Of a DNA stretch of 64,000 nucleotides, positions 52,418 to 63,224 are shown in pieces. Source of the DNA: Cyanobacteriota bacterium. GTDB lineage: Bacteria > Cyanobacteriota > Cyanobacteriia > PCC-6307 > Cyanobiaceae. Positions within the stretch are counted from its first letter, which is position 1; every line of letters starts with the position of its first letter. The stretch spans positions 32,001 through 96,000 of the forward strand of contig JBJOMY010000006.1 of assembly GCA_046052125.1 (NCBI GenBank), read 5' to 3'. The notes under the pieces were generated by a model. That model was given only the letters and a program-made list of their open reading frames with translations, searched no databases and was not told where the DNA came from. A program made the translations under genes and the position numbers.

Positions 52418-53527
52418 TTACTGGCCAGTCAGCAGGCGCCCTGCCTCAACGGTCACCACCTGCGAGCGCTCGTGCCAGCCGCCACTGAACGCCCCCAGGT
52501 GGGTGGCACTCACCAGGCACTGGTGGCCCTCGCCCACGGCCTCCAGCAACAGCTGCTGACGGCCGGGATCCAGTTCAGCGAGCACGTCATCGAGCAGCAG
52601 CAGCGGCGGCTCTCCCCAGAGCTGGCGCACCAGCTCAAGCTCCGCCAACTTCAACGCGAGCACGAGGGTGCGCTGCTGGCCGGCGGATCCGTAGCGCCGC
52701 GCCGGCTGACCGCCCAGCTCGAGGGCCACCTCATCGCGGTGGGGGCCCACGCTGCACTGCCCCAGCCGCAGTTCCTCCGGGCGCTGCAGCCACAACTGCT
52801 CCAGCAGGGCATCACGCCAGGGCCCCTCGGCCTCCTCGCCCTCAAGCACGCTGCCGGGCTGGTAGCGCAATTGCAGCTGCTCCCTGCCCCCACTGAGCCG
52901 CTCCTGCCACACGGCCGCCAGGGGCTCCAGGCGGCCGAGCGCGCGAAGCCGGCGCCGATGCAAGCGGGTGCCGATCAACGCCATCTGCTGATCAAAGGCC
53001 TCCAGCAGGCCATCGAGCTGGCCTTGGCCCAGGCCGCGCCGCAGGAGCTGGGAGCGCTGGCGGAGCAGCCGCCCATAGCGGCTCAACAACTCGGCGTACA
53101 CCGGCTCCAGCTGGAGCACCACCCGATCCAGCCACTGGCGCCGCAGCGCCGGCTCCCCGCGCACCAATTCGAGATCCAGGGCGCTGAAGCCCACGCAGCG
53201 CAGGGGGCCGATCAGCTCGTGCTGCCGCTCGAGCAGCTTGCCGTTGCGGCGGGCCAAGCGTCCGCCCTGGCGCCGCAACTCCAACTCCAAACGATCACCA
53301 CCAGCGCTGTCAGCAGCCATCCAGCTCTGGCGCTCACCCCGGCGGATCAGATCCCGATCGGCGCTGCAGCGATGGGAGCGCAGGCTGCCGAGCAGCTCCA
53401 CCGCCTCGAGCAGGTTGGATTTGCCCTCCCCGTTGCGGCCGATCACCAGCAGCCGCGGGGCCTCCAGCTCGAGGGTCAGCGCCTCGATATTGCGGAACTG
53501 GCGCAGCTCCAGGCGATGCAGCCGAAT
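52418..53527 (-). CDS. recF: DNA replication/repair protein RecF (probable non-canonical ATT start)
   Basis: (I/M)[12 protein letters not shown], Walker [34 protein letters not shown]. Confidence 0.93.
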   Translation of the reverse strand: MRLHRLELRQFRNIEALTLELEAPRLLVIGRNGEGKSNLLEAVELLGSLRSHRCSADRDLIRRGERQSWMAADSAGGDRLELELRRQGGRLARRNGKLLERQHELIGPLRCVGFSALDLELVRGEPALRRQWLDRVVLQLEPVYAELLSRYGRLLRQRSQLLRRGLGQGQLDGLLEAFDQQMALIGTRLHRRRLRALGRLEPLAAVWQERLSGGREQLQLRYQPGSVLEGEEAEGPWRDALLEQLWLQRPEELRLGQCSVGPHRDEVALELGGQPARRYGSAGQQRTLVLALKLAELELVRQLWGEPPLLLLDDVLAELDPGRQQLLLEAVGEGHQCLVSATHLGAFSGGWHERSQVVTVEAGRLLTGQ

Positions 53528-53582
53528 GGGTCTGGGGCGCTCTGACGGCTAAGGTAAGGCCCGTGAGGGGCTGCTCCCGTGA

Positions 53583-53656
53583 GGGCATGTAGCTCAGTTG
53601 GATAGAGCATCAGATTCCGGTTCTGAGTGTCGGGGGTTCGAGTCCCTCCATGCTCG
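53583..53656 (+). tRNA. tRNA-Arg(CCG)
   Basis: GGGCATGTAGCTCAGTTGGATAGAGCATCAGATT-CCG-GTTCTGAGTGTCGGGGGTTCGAGTCCCTCCATGCTCG. Confidence 0.97.
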
Positions 53657-53685
53657 TGGCTCAGGAAGCGGCACACCCTCGTGAG

Positions 53686-53710
53686 AGCCCTGCTTCGGCG
53701 GGGCTTTTTT
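53686..53710 (+). terminator. Rho-independent terminator after tRNA-Arg
   Basis: AGCCCTGC-TTCG-GCGGGGCT-TTTTT. Confidence 0.8.
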
Positions 53711-53755
53711 GTGCGCCGGCGTCGTATCGCATCGCGATCGCTGGCGGAGGCTGGT

Positions 53756-54226
53756 TCAGAGGCTGAGGCCCATGGCCCGGATCCCGCCTGGATCCACCAC
53801 AAAGCCATGGCGCTTGAGCGCTTCCTGAGCCATCGGCGTCGCCGCCACCGAGATGCTGCAGCCGCTCAACTCCCGCTTCAACCGGTGAAGCGTGGTGTAC
53901 ACCAGCACGATCATCAACTGCTCCTGCTGGGGGTCGGCAGGGTGAGCCGTGAGGTCCCAGAGATTGGCATTCAGGGCCAGGTCGCTGGTGACGCGCACAA
54001 ATCCCACCAGCGCACCAGCGGGATTGCGAACACTGAGCTGCCAGGCGCTGCGCTGCAGGGCCGCCTCGATCCGCTCAAGCGGCCGCGCGGGATCACCGCA
54101 GGCCACCAACAGCGCATCAAGCTCCTGGGCAGAAGGCCATTGCTCGCTCGAGAGGCTGTAGCCGGCCGGCAGGGGTGGCGGCTGGGGCTGGGAGCGGAAG
54201 GGGATCAGCAGGGAATCCAGCACCAC
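53756..54226 (-). CDS. GNAT-family N-acetyltransferase-like protein
   Basis: ALQRS...LVGFVRVTSD.ALNANLWDL...GF.VDP.GIRAM. Confidence 0.75.
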   Translation of the reverse strand: MVLDSLLIPFRSQPQPPPLPAGYSLSSEQWPSAQELDALLVACGDPARPLERIEAALQRSAWQLSVRNPAGALVGFVRVTSDLALNANLWDLTAHPADPQQEQLMIVLVYTTLHRLKRELSGCSISVAATPMAQEALKRHGFVVDPGGIRAMGLSL

Positions 54227-54234
54227 GAGCCCCC

Positions 54235-57200
54235 TCAGCCCGTGTTGCGCATGCCGGCGGCGATGCCATTGATGGTGAGCAGCGCTCCCCGCAGCAGTTC
54301 GCTGCGGCTGTAGGTGCGTCCATCGTCGCTAGCGGCCGCCTCGCTCATGGGGGGCTGGCGGTTCTGATCACGCAAGCGCCGCAGCAGCGCCACCTGCAGG
54401 TAGCCGAGGGGAATGATCGTGCGGTTGCGCAACTCCACCGAGAGCTGCAGACCAGGATCTCCATCGAGCAAGCGCTGGTGACCCGTGATCGCCAGCACTA
54501 GATCGCGGGTGAGCACAAATTCCTTGGCGATCACCGCAAAGATCGCTTCAAACGCATCCCGCAACTCCGGACGCCCCAGCGAGCGCACGTAGTGGTGGGC
54601 CAGATCGAGGTCCACCTTGGAGAGGGTCATCTCCACCTTGGAGATGAGCATGCGGAAGAAGGGCCAGCGCTGATAGAGCTGCTGGAACAGCTCCAGCTGA
54701 GCCGGATCGGCATCGAGCTCCTCCTGCAGGGCTGCGCCCACACCGAACCAGCTGGGGAGCAGGAAGCGGCTCTGGGTCCAGCCGAACACCCAGGGGATAG
54801 CGCGGAGGCTGGAGAGGTCTTTAGCCCCACTCTTACGGCGGGCGGGGCGGCTGGAGATCTGCAGCTTGCTGATCTCCTCGATCGGGGTGCACTGCTGGAA
54901 GAAGGCCACCAGATCGGGGTTGTCGTGCACCAGAGCGCGGTAGTGGCTGCGCGATGAGGCCGCCAAGCGCGCCATCAGCTCGTTCCAGCTGGGGGTGTCA
55001 TCCACGTGGCTGGTGATCAGGCTGTTCTGAATCACAGCAGTGGACACCGTTTCCAGGTTGAACAGCGCCAGCTCGGGCAGGGAGTATTTGGAGGCCAGCA
55101 CCTCGCCCTGCTCGGTGATCTTGATGCGGCCGTTGAGGGTGCCACTGGGCTGAGCCAGGATCGCCTGATAGGCCGGGCCGCCACCGCGACCCACCGAGCC
55201 GCCGCGGCCGTGGAAGATGCGCAGGGCCACGCCATGGCGGGTGGCGAGCTGCTGCAGGGCGATCTGGGCCTGGTGGATCTCCCAGTTGCTCGAGAGGAAG
55301 CCGGAATCCTTATTGCTGTCGGAGTAGCCGAGCATCAGCTCCTGCAGGGGCTTACCCGTGGGGCTGGTGCTGGCGATCAGCTGGCGATAGAAGGGCTCGC
55401 TGAACAGGCGCTCCATCACCGCCGGCGCGGCCTTGAGGTCTTCCACCGTTTCAAACAGCGGCACCACCAACAGGTTGGAGCGCTGGGCCATCGGATCCAC
55501 CAGGCCGGCCTCCTTCGCCAGCACCAGCACCTCCAACAGATCAGACACCGTGTGACTCATCGAGATCACATAGGTGCGGCAGATGCGGCTGCCGAACTCC
55601 TGCTGAAGGCGGTGCACCACCCGCAGCACATCAAACGTTTCGGCCGTGGGAGCACTCCACTCCACTGAAGCCGGGATCAGGGGCCGGCGGGTTTGCAGTT
55701 CGGTGAACAGCCACTCCACCTTCTGCGCCTCATCCATCTCGGCGTAGGGGATGGGCAGCTGGAGATAGCGACTCAGTTCATCGAGGGCATCGCTGTGGCG
55801 CGTGCTCTCCTGGCGGATGTCGAGGCTGGCCAGACAGAAGGCGAAGGTGTGCACCTGGGCGATCAGGTTGTCCAGGGGCTCACAGCTCAGGCCTGTGCCC
55901 TGGAGGCTGTCGTTGATCAGCTCCAGATCGTTGCGGAACTCGGTGACCGTGGCGTAGTGCAGATCAGGGGCCGGAGCCGCCACCAGTGATCCCTGGCCGA
56001 AGGCCGGCAGGGCCGGGCGCGTTTCACCTGGGGATTCCCAGCCGGCACTAGCCAGCTGCTGATTGCGCTGATGAGTGAGCTTGAGGCGCTCCAGCACGTA
56101 GCTGAGCTTGAGGCGGTAAGGCTCCAGGCGGTAGCGGGCCGCGCGCTCCTCGTAGATCTCCGGGAAGCGCAGCCGATCCATCTCCAGCGACTCGAGCAAC
56201 GGCGCGCTCACCTGGCTCCACTGCATCGAGATGCTGAGCTGATCGCGCAGATCAGCTACCGCCGCCAGATAGCGCTCAAGCATCAGCTGGCGCTGATAGC
56301 AAGCGGTACGCCAGGTGATGTCTGGTGTGACCGAGGGGTTGCCATCACGATCGGAGCCCACCCAGGAGCCGAAGGTGCAGAAGGCGTCGCTCGGTGGCGC
56401 CACATCCGGATAGCTGGCCGTGAGGGCGTTGCGGATGCGTTGGCGCAGCTGCGGCATCGCGCCGAAGAGCACCTGCTGGAAATAGTGGAGGGCGTAATCC
56501 ACCTCATCCAGCACCGAAGGCTTGAACTGGTGCAGTTCATCGGTGCGCCACCACAGGCGGATCTCCTCCTCCAGCTGCAGCCTCAGGTTCTGGTGGTCGT
56601 TGAGATTGGAGGGCTGACTCTGCTGCAGCTGCTGGATCAGGGCCGCCACCCGCCGCTGCTTGTGGCGCACGGTGTGGCGAACGATCTCGGTGGGATGCGC
56701 CGTGAACACCAAGCGGATATCGAGCTCCTGCAGCAGCTGCTCGATCTGAGCGGGTGGCACCCCCAGGGAGCGAAGGCGGGTAAACAGCTCGCGGAACGTG
56801 GCCGGCTCGGTCTGGCTGGCGAGGGGCGGGACGAAGGGATCGTTGAGATCCTGGGGGTGGTGGGCCTGGAGGCTGGCGAGATAACTGTCTTCCTCGATGT
56901 GCTGCTCGAGGATGTTCACCAGCTGGAAATAGAGCGAGAAGGCCCTTGCAGCGGCGATCGCTTCCGCGAGATCCATCTCCCGGATCAGCTGCACGATCTC
57001 GGCAGTGGCCTGGGCCGAGGCGGCATCGGCGGCCGCACCATCCACGGTGCGGCTGAGATCCTTCAACCGCAGCAACCGCTCGGCCTGGTGCGGCGGGCAT
57101 TCACTGCGCAGCACCGTCTGCCAGAGGTCTTCCACCAGCTCCAGCCGTTCATCCAGCAGGCGGGTGACCCGGGGCTCAGCCGCAACAGCAGAGGCGTCGT

Positions 57201-57258
57201 TGGCGGCGAGGGTGAGCCCCATGGAACGTGGCGAGGCGGACGTGCGGTCCATGATCAT
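54235..57258 (-). CDS. ppc: Phosphoenolpyruvate carboxylase
   Basis: [52 protein letters not shown]; start could be 57252 or 57222. Confidence 0.98.
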   Translation of the reverse strand: MIMDRTSASPRSMGLTLAANDASAVAAEPRVTRLLDERLELVEDLWQTVLRSECPPHQAERLLRLKDLSRTVDGAAADAASAQATAEIVQLIREMDLAEAIAAARAFSLYFQLVNILEQHIEEDSYLASLQAHHPQDLNDPFVPPLASQTEPATFRELFTRLRSLGVPPAQIEQLLQELDIRLVFTAHPTEIVRHTVRHKQRRVAALIQQLQQSQPSNLNDHQNLRLQLEEEIRLWWRTDELHQFKPSVLDEVDYALHYFQQVLFGAMPQLRQRIRNALTASYPDVAPPSDAFCTFGSWVGSDRDGNPSVTPDITWRTACYQRQLMLERYLAAVADLRDQLSISMQWSQVSAPLLESLEMDRLRFPEIYEERAARYRLEPYRLKLSYVLERLKLTHQRNQQLASAGWESPGETRPALPAFGQGSLVAAPAPDLHYATVTEFRNDLELINDSLQGTGLSCEPLDNLIAQVHTFAFCLASLDIRQESTRHSDALDELSRYLQLPIPYAEMDEAQKVEWLFTELQTRRPLIPASVEWSAPTAETFDVLRVVHRLQQEFGSRICRTYVISMSHTVSDLLEVLVLAKEAGLVDPMAQRSNLLVVPLFETVEDLKAAPAVMERLFSEPFYRQLIASTSPTGKPLQELMLGYSDSNKDSGFLSSNWEIHQAQIALQQLATRHGVALRIFHGRGGSVGRGGGPAYQAILAQPSGTLNGRIKITEQGEVLASKYSLPELALFNLETVSTAVIQNSLITSHVDDTPSWNELMARLAASSRSHYRALVHDNPDLVAFFQQCTPIEEISKLQISSRPARRKSGAKDLSSLRAIPWVFGWTQSRFLLPSWFGVGAALQEELDADPAQLELFQQLYQRWPFFRMLISKVEMTLSKVDLDLAHHYVRSLGRPELRDAFEAIFAVIAKEFVLTRDLVLAITGHQRLLDGDPGLQLSVELRNRTIIPLGYLQVALLRRLRDQNRQPPMSEAAASDDGRTYSRSELLRGALLTINGIAAGMRNTG

Positions 57259-58412
57259 CCCAAAGCGGCCGCGTCATCTGTCGCAAGCAACGCCGTGAGC
57301 TGGAGTTCACTGCGCTCCATCTCGCGGGCGCCTTCGGCAATCAAGGCGCCAACAGCCGTGCCACCGGCATGGGATTCCAACCATTGCTGAGCCTGGTTGC
57401 CCTGCTGCAGCACGGTCTGCAGCGGGGCTAGCCAACGGTCCAAACCAAGCTCCTGAGTCAAAGGCGCCATGCCGTCCAGCTCGGCGGCCAGCCACTGGCG
57501 CGCCTGCACTGGCTCACCCGTGCGCCAGTGGCGAAGCACAGCATCCAGGCTGCTGCGGGCCGCGGCCTGGTCATTGGCATCGGCCAGCTCCGCCAGCTGC
57601 TCAAGGCTGAGCTGGCTGGCGCGCTGCGGATCGTGGAGCTCGGGCTCCCGCAACAACTGCTGAATGCGCGCCTCAGCGAAGGCGGTGACCGCCAGCAGCA
57701 CCAATGGATCGGTGATCAGATCACAGATGCGGATCTCAAGGCGATTGAGATCGTGGGGGCGGTTATCACCGTTGGGCCGCACAGAGGTCCAGAGGTGACG
57801 CACGTTCTGCATCGTGCCGAGCTGGAGTTGTTGCTCCACCCAGTCGATGTAATGGCGGTGACTTTCAAACAGCGGCACCGCCAGGGGCGTGAGCGGGAAC
57901 TGCAGCCAGCGCTGGGAATGGGCGCCTGTGCTGGCACCATCGAGGAAGGGTGAACTGGCGCTGATCGCCAGGAGCAGCGCCGCCTCAGAACGCACCAAAC
58001 GGCAGGCGGCGAACAGCGCCTCCATATCGGTGAGACCCAGGTTGATATGCACGCTGGCCGTCACCACCCGGGTGCCGTAGGTGGCCTCGATGTAGCCGTG
58101 GTACGGGTTGTCGGGATTGGAGCGCTCAAACCGGTGGCTATCGCCGGTGCTGAGCGTGCTGCCGGGCAGAAGGGTGAGCTCGCGCCCCTGAAGCCAGTGG
58201 CGCAGGCGCCGCCGCGGCTCGAGCAGCAGCTCCAACTGCTCGCGGTACGACGCAGCCGGCGCCGTGGTGTATTCGAGATTGCGGCAGTCGGGCTCGGTCA
58301 CGAACCCATCGAGAGCGGCGGCGGCCTCAGCGGAGCAGCCCACCACGGTGCCGTCAGCCCGGCCGGTGTAGAGCTCCACCTCAAAGCCCTTGAGCATCAG
58401 GGAGCCGCTCAT
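57255..58412 (-). CDS. gshA: Glutamate--cysteine ligase (cyanobacterial GCS2 type)
   Basis: [45 protein letters not shown]. Confidence 0.85.
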   Translation of the reverse strand: MSGSLMLKGFEVELYTGRADGTVVGCSAEAAAALDGFVTEPDCRNLEYTTAPAASYREQLELLLEPRRRLRHWLQGRELTLLPGSTLSTGDSHRFERSNPDNPYHGYIEATYGTRVVTASVHINLGLTDMEALFAACRLVRSEAALLLAISASSPFLDGASTGAHSQRWLQFPLTPLAVPLFESHRHYIDWVEQQLQLGTMQNVRHLWTSVRPNGDNRPHDLNRLEIRICDLITDPLVLLAVTAFAEARIQQLLREPELHDPQRASQLSLEQLAELADANDQAAARSSLDAVLRHWRTGEPVQARQWLAAELDGMAPLTQELGLDRWLAPLQTVLQQGNQAQQWLESHAGGTAVGALIAEGAREMERSELQLTALLATDDAAALG

Positions 58413-59929
58413 GCCAGACACGCCAGTGCCTTGAGCATGCCGCGCGCCTTGTTGAGGGTTTCCTGGAACTCCGAAGCAGGCACCGAATCCGCCACCAGAC
58501 CAGCTCCAGCCTGCACCTGCACCCGCCAGCCGCCTGCGGCCTCAGGCAGCACCACCATCGTGCGAATCGTGATGGCGGTGTTGAGTGCACCGCTGAGATC
58601 CATGGCGCCGTACACGCCCGAGTAGGGCCCGCGGGCATCGGGCTCCAGGGCGTTGATCAACTGCATGGCACGGATCTTGGGGGCACCGCTCACGGTGCCG
58701 GCGGGGAAGGAGGCCATCAGTAGATCCCACACGTCGCGCTGCGGATCGAGCAAACCCTCCACTTCGCTCACGATGTGCATCACATGCGAATAGCGCTCGA
58801 TCACCATCAGCTCGCTCACACTCACGCTGCCGGGCTGGCAAACGCGACCGAGATCGTTGCGCCCCAGATCAACCAGCATCACGTGTTCAGCCCGCTCCTT
58901 GGGATCAGCGAGTAGATCCGCTTCCAGCGCCTGATCTTCCGCGGCATCGGCGCCCCGGGGCCGGGTGCCGGCGATGGGCCGCAGCGAGGCCTTCACCCGG
59001 CCGCTGCCATCAGCCATCGGCTCGGCTTTCACCATCACCTCAGGGCTAGAGCCGATCAGATGCCAGCCGCCGAAATTAAAGAACGCCATGTAGGGCGATG
59101 GATTCACCATGCGCAGGCTGCGGTAGAGCTCAAACGGCTCCCGCTGCACGTGGGTTTCCAGTCGCTGGCTGATCACCAGCTGAAACACATCACCAGCGGC
59201 AATGTGTTCCTTAGCGGTGAGCACCGCCGCCTCGAATTCCTCGCGGCTGCGGTTGCTGGTGGTGGGCAAATCCACGCTGGGCGATTCCTGCCAATCGAGC
59301 GGCGTCAGCCCCGGTGGCAGCGGCGCATGCATCCGCCGCTCCAGGCCATCCAGCCTCGCCAGGGCTGCGTCGTAGGCGGCGGAAGGATCAGCGCCGGCAC
59401 TGCAGTCGGCGTAGGCAACGGCGGTGATCTGCCGCTTCACCTGATCGAACACCAGCAGGCTGTCGGCCAGCATCCAGCACCCATCAGGAGGCCCCTGGGG
59501 ATCGGTGGGATGCACGGGAACGCTGGGCTCAATCCAGCGGATCAGTTCGTAGCCCCAGAAGCCAAACAGCTGCCCCACCGGCGGCAGGCCGGGAATGGTG
59601 GAGGCGCTGTAGGGCTGCAAGGCCTCACGCAGCAAATCAAAGGGGTTGCCCTGCAGCTGGTTGCGGCGACCATCGCGCCAACACTGTTCAGCGTGATCGC
59701 CACGCACGGTGAGCGTCCACAACGGATCGCTCACCACAAAGCTCCAGCGACCGATGCGCTCGCCGCCTTCCACCGATTCGAGCAGCACGCCGTGCTCGCT
59801 GCCAGCGCCCACTTTCAGCCAGGTGGTGAGCGGTGTTTCCAAATCCGCCGGCCAGGTGCGCCAGATGGGGATGTAGCTGCTGCCCGCCTCAGCCTGGGCC
59901 AGAACAGTGGCGCGGTCGGGAGATGGCAT
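58409..59929 (-). CDS. trpE: Anthranilate synthase component I
   Basis: DLETP, LLESVEGG, NPSPYM, SSPE, RPIAGTR, KERAEH.MLVDLGRND, GTVSGAPK, QAGAG. Confidence 0.95.
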   Translation of the reverse strand: MPSPDRATVLAQAEAGSSYIPIWRTWPADLETPLTTWLKVGAGSEHGVLLESVEGGERIGRWSFVVSDPLWTLTVRGDHAEQCWRDGRRNQLQGNPFDLLREALQPYSASTIPGLPPVGQLFGFWGYELIRWIEPSVPVHPTDPQGPPDGCWMLADSLLVFDQVKRQITAVAYADCSAGADPSAAYDAALARLDGLERRMHAPLPPGLTPLDWQESPSVDLPTTSNRSREEFEAAVLTAKEHIAAGDVFQLVISQRLETHVQREPFELYRSLRMVNPSPYMAFFNFGGWHLIGSSPEVMVKAEPMADGSGRVKASLRPIAGTRPRGADAAEDQALEADLLADPKERAEHVMLVDLGRNDLGRVCQPGSVSVSELMVIERYSHVMHIVSEVEGLLDPQRDVWDLLMASFPAGTVSGAPKIRAMQLINALEPDARGPYSGVYGAMDLSGALNTAITIRTMVVLPEAAGGWRVQVQAGAGLVADSVPASEFQETLNKARGMLKALACLA

Positions 59930-59947
59930 CACGTGGGGCGTGCAGGC

Positions 59948-59972
59948 AAAAAAAACGGGGCGCCTGGCCCCG
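59948..59972 (-). terminator. Rho-independent terminator after psaD
   Basis: Minus strand CGGGGC-CAGGC-GCCCCG-TTTTTTTT. Confidence 0.7.
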
Positions 59973-60026
59973 CCTTTATAGAGGTTGATCGCCCTGCCTC
60001 AGGCTGTGGGGCAGGGGATGCAGCGA

Positions 60027-60449
60027 TCAGGAATCGAAGGTGTTCTTGCCGGTGAACTTGATGCTGGCGGGGTTGCCGTTCTGGCCGATACGGCGAGCGT
60101 TGTGACCCACCATCACGCGACCTTCGTTCACTTTCTCGGGGAACACACCATCTTTGGGGTGCAGGAACTCGGTGTCGCCGCCGGGGAAGATCCGGTAGAT
60201 CTTGTAATCCTCGATGCGGGGCTTGAACTTGGTGCGCAGCTGGGTGCCGAGGGCCAGGCACTGCTCTTTGCGGGCGAAATACATGATGTTTTCGCCCTCG
60301 TTCATGTGAGCGGCACCACCGGTGGGCAGCTCAAACGCCTGAACCTTGCTGCTGGTCCAGGTGATCGCGTACTTCTCTTCGGTTTCAGCGGCGTTGAGCA
60401 GACCGCCTGTGCTGCCGATGTACTTCGGGAGTTGACCGCTCAATGTCAT
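60027..60449 (-). CDS. psaD: Photosystem I subunit II
   Basis: [19 protein letters not shown]...[10 protein letters not shown]...[13 protein letters not shown]. Confidence 0.98.
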   Translation of the reverse strand: MTLSGQLPKYIGSTGGLLNAAETEEKYAITWTSSKVQAFELPTGGAAHMNEGENIMYFARKEQCLALGTQLRTKFKPRIEDYKIYRIFPGGDTEFLHPKDGVFPEKVNEGRVMVGHNARRIGQNGNPASIKFTGKNTFDS

Positions 60450-60570
60450 GGCTGTTCCGGAGAGGGGAGTCGGCGGACCGCAGACCGTTTCGTCCGGAAG
60501 CTAGCACCGTGTTTTGGGCCCAACAGCCTGCAGCAGCAGGGTCTTCACACCAGTCAACAAACCCGGGCGA

Positions 60571-61941
60571 TCAGCTGCTGGCCACAGGGAAAAAGACCGT
60601 GAGATCGTTGCCGGCTCGCTCGGCCAGGCGCCCCCCCAGGCTGTGGAACAGCCGCTGGGTGGCCTGACGGCTCAGCTGCAGGCTGCCAGTGCCGGGATTC
60701 CAGCTGAGCACTGGGCCCACCCGTTCCGCGCCGTCGGCTTCCCCCGGCTCGGCAAGCACGGCTTCGGTGGCACTGAAACGCAGCTTCAGGCGTGCTCCGG
60801 CGGGCCTGAGGCTGAGCTGCACCACCGCCCCCGCCGGCAATCCACGGCTGAAGCGATCCACCAGCCCGCCCAACACGGTTTCCAGACGAGCCGGATCGCT
60901 CAGCACAGGCGGCAGATCCGGGCTGAAGCTGAGCTCAATCGCCAGACTCCGGCGCAGCAGCTGCTGCCTCCAGGCCGGCTCCAACTGTTGCAACAGGCGG
61001 GCCAGGTCGGTGCGGGCCAGCGCCTGGGCCTCGCCCTGAGGCTGCCGCTGCAGTTCTGCCGCCAGGAAGATCAAGCCAAAGCGATCGATCTGCTCGCTGC
61101 ACTCCCCATCGATCTGCTGCAGCCTCTGGCGCACCAGCTCGGGCAAATCGCTGCGGCGCAGGAGCGAACGGATCAAGGTGCGAATCGTGGCCAGCGGCGT
61201 GCGCACCTCATGGGTGAGGGCCTCCAACAGGGCCAGCTCACTACTGGGGCTGCTGGAGGCCCCACTCGCCGCCGCGGGGCTGCGATGCACCAGGGGCTGA
61301 AGCGTGAGGCTGGGGGCCATGGCCGCCAGGCGCTCCGCCAGCCGGGGCCAGAAGCGTTGAGCCAGCTGCTCATCACTCTGCAGCGGCCCCAGGGCCTGAA
61401 TTGCCTGGCGCAGCCGCTGGCCCTGCTGGTGGTCGCTGCCCTGCAGGCGTTCATCCAGCAGGCTCAAGGCCGCTGAGAGGGTGGGTGGATCAAAGCGCAC
61501 CACCAAGTGCCGCTGGCCGGGTTCCCCCAGCAACGCCATCGCCACCTGCAGGCGCGGCGTGATCAGCAGTAGCAGCGGGTCGGTGCCATCACCTTCCAAC
61601 AGCGGCAACCGCTCAAAACCGCCGGCGGTGGCCGCGCCCCCGGCCGTCACCCCGGGCGGCAGCAGCGGCGCACTGGCCTGCAGCAAATCCCCCAGCTCCG
61701 GTGGCGCCCACACCCAGCCCTGAAGCTGTTGCAGCAAAGCCGGCTCGTAGAGGGCTGGCAGGGGTGCCGCCAGCCACACACCGTTCTGCACCCCCAGGGG
61801 CAACAAAAAGTCTTCTTGGAGCGTGGCCAAGGCGGCCCACCACTGGCGGCGCACGCTGTCGTCATCGCTGCAGCCAACCGGCACACCCTCAGCGAGCCGC
61901 TGGCGCAGCTGCTCGAGGCTCACCGGCGGCGGGGCCGTCAC
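60571..61941 (-). CDS. Sensor histidine kinase, Hik2/CSK-like
   Basis: H-box LTHEVRTPLATIRTLIRSLL, IDGECSEQIDRF, W.P.TGSL.LS..AT..LF..LGG; start approximate. Confidence 0.8.
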   Translation of the reverse strand: MTAPPPVSLEQLRQRLAEGVPVGCSDDDSVRRQWWAALATLQEDFLLPLGVQNGVWLAAPLPALYEPALLQQLQGWVWAPPELGDLLQASAPLLPPGVTAGGAATAGGFERLPLLEGDGTDPLLLLITPRLQVAMALLGEPGQRHLVVRFDPPTLSAALSLLDERLQGSDHQQGQRLRQAIQALGPLQSDEQLAQRFWPRLAERLAAMAPSLTLQPLVHRSPAAASGASSSPSSELALLEALTHEVRTPLATIRTLIRSLLRRSDLPELVRQRLQQIDGECSEQIDRFGLIFLAAELQRQPQGEAQALARTDLARLLQQLEPAWRQQLLRRSLAIELSFSPDLPPVLSDPARLETVLGGLVDRFSRGLPAGAVVQLSLRPAGARLKLRFSATEAVLAEPGEADGAERVGPVLSWNPGTGSLQLSRQATQRLFHSLGGRLAERAGNDLTVFFPVASS

Positions 61942-63224
61942 CAGCGGGTGACTCCCTGGCCGCCGCGGCGCGCCACCGAGGCGCACAAGCCCAGGGCGAT
62001 GAAGTTCACCAACATCGCTGAGCGCCCGTAGCTGAGCCAGGGCAACGGAATGCCGGTAATCGGTCCGAGGCCGATGGTCATGTTGATGTTCACCACCACC
62101 TGGAACATCACCATCGCGCCCACGCCCACCACCACCAGCGACTCCACATCACTGCGGGCCTTGCCGGCGATCTGCAGCAACCGCCAGATCCACACCACAA
62201 AGCCCACCACCGCCAGCACCGAACCCACAAATCCCATCTCCTCGCCGAGGGCGCTGAAGATGAAATCGGTGTGCTGCTCGGGGATGAAGCGCAGCAGGGT
62301 GAGGTGCCCCTGCATCAAGCCGGTGCCAAACCAGCCACCGGAGCCGATGCCCACCGTGCTCTGCAGCAGGTGGTAACCGCCGCCGAGGGGGTCCTTGTTG
62401 GGATCTAGGAACAGCGTGAGGCGATCGCGCTGGTGGGGCTGGAGGAAGTTGTTCCACAGCCAGGGGGTGGCCACAGCGAAGAGCCCCTGCACCGCCAGCA
62501 CCAGCGACAGGCCAGCGCGCTTCCAGGGCAGGCTCTTCCACGCCAGCACACCCATCGCCGGGATCCAGGCCAGCAGCAACCAGGGGAACACACCGGCCAC
62601 GATCGCGGTGATCACCGGCGAGAGGAACAGCACCACCCAGCTGCCGGGCATCCCCGACCAAAACATCATCACCAGCAGCACGGAACCGAACACCAGCGAG
62701 GTGCCCAGATCGGGCTGCACGAGCACCAACAACCACGGGAAGCTGATGATCGCCACCGGCCGCACCAGATCCACCGGCCGCTCCACAGGATGCCTGGAGA
62801 GCACCCGCGCCAGCAGCAGGATCGCCCCCAACTTGGCGAACTCAGACGGCTGCACGTTGAAGCCGGCGATATTGATCCAGCTCTGGGCGCCGAGGGCACT
62901 CACGCCGATCACCCGCACCGCAATCAGGCTCGCCACCGTGACGCCATAGATCACCCAGGGCCAGCGGGTGATGCTCTCCACCGGGATGCGGGCGAGCACC
63001 AGAGCGATCCCCATGCCCACGGCAGCGGTAACCCAGTGCTGATACCAATCGGCGTAATCCGCCTGGCGCTGGGTGCTGGCGATCAGGATCCCCGCCACGA
63101 AGATCATCGCCAGGGGAATCCACCAGAGCAGCTTGTCGACGCGGTCGACCCAGCGGCGATGCCGCGAGCCCCCAGCCGCAAATACCGATCTGCGGCGCAG
63201 GCCCCAGAGCCCCAGCAGGGTCAT
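61938..63224 (-). CDS. rodA: Rod shape-determining protein RodA (SEDS)
   Basis: GAQSWI...QPSEFAK, QPDLGT, GY.L.QS...IGSGG, PEQHTDFIF, TGIPLP.LSYG. Confidence 0.93.
   Translation of the reverse strand: MTLLGLWGLRRRSVFAAGGSRHRRWVDRVDKLLWWIPLAMIFVAGILIASTQRQADYADWYQHWVTAAVGMGIALVLARIPVESITRWPWVIYGVTVASLIAVRVIGVSALGAQSWINIAGFNVQPSEFAKLGAILLLARVLSRHPVERPVDLVRPVAIISFPWLLVLVQPDLGTSLVFGSVLLVMMFWSGMPGSWVVLFLSPVITAIVAGVFPWLLLAWIPAMGVLAWKSLPWKRAGLSLVLAVQGLFAVATPWLWNNFLQPHQRDRLTLFLDPNKDPLGGGYHLLQSTVGIGSGGWFGTGLMQGHLTLLRFIPEQHTDFIFSALGEEMGFVGSVLAVVGFVVWIWRLLQIAGKARSDVESLVVVGVGAMVMFQVVVNINMTIGLGPITGIPLPWLSYGRSAMLVNFIALGLCASVARRGGQGVTRW

Noticed and set aside
53334..53588. 84-aa ORF as a frameshifted recF N-terminus
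   Set aside because: Its ATG lies inside the opposite-strand tRNA-Arg and it has no RecF similarity; an ATT start is simpler.
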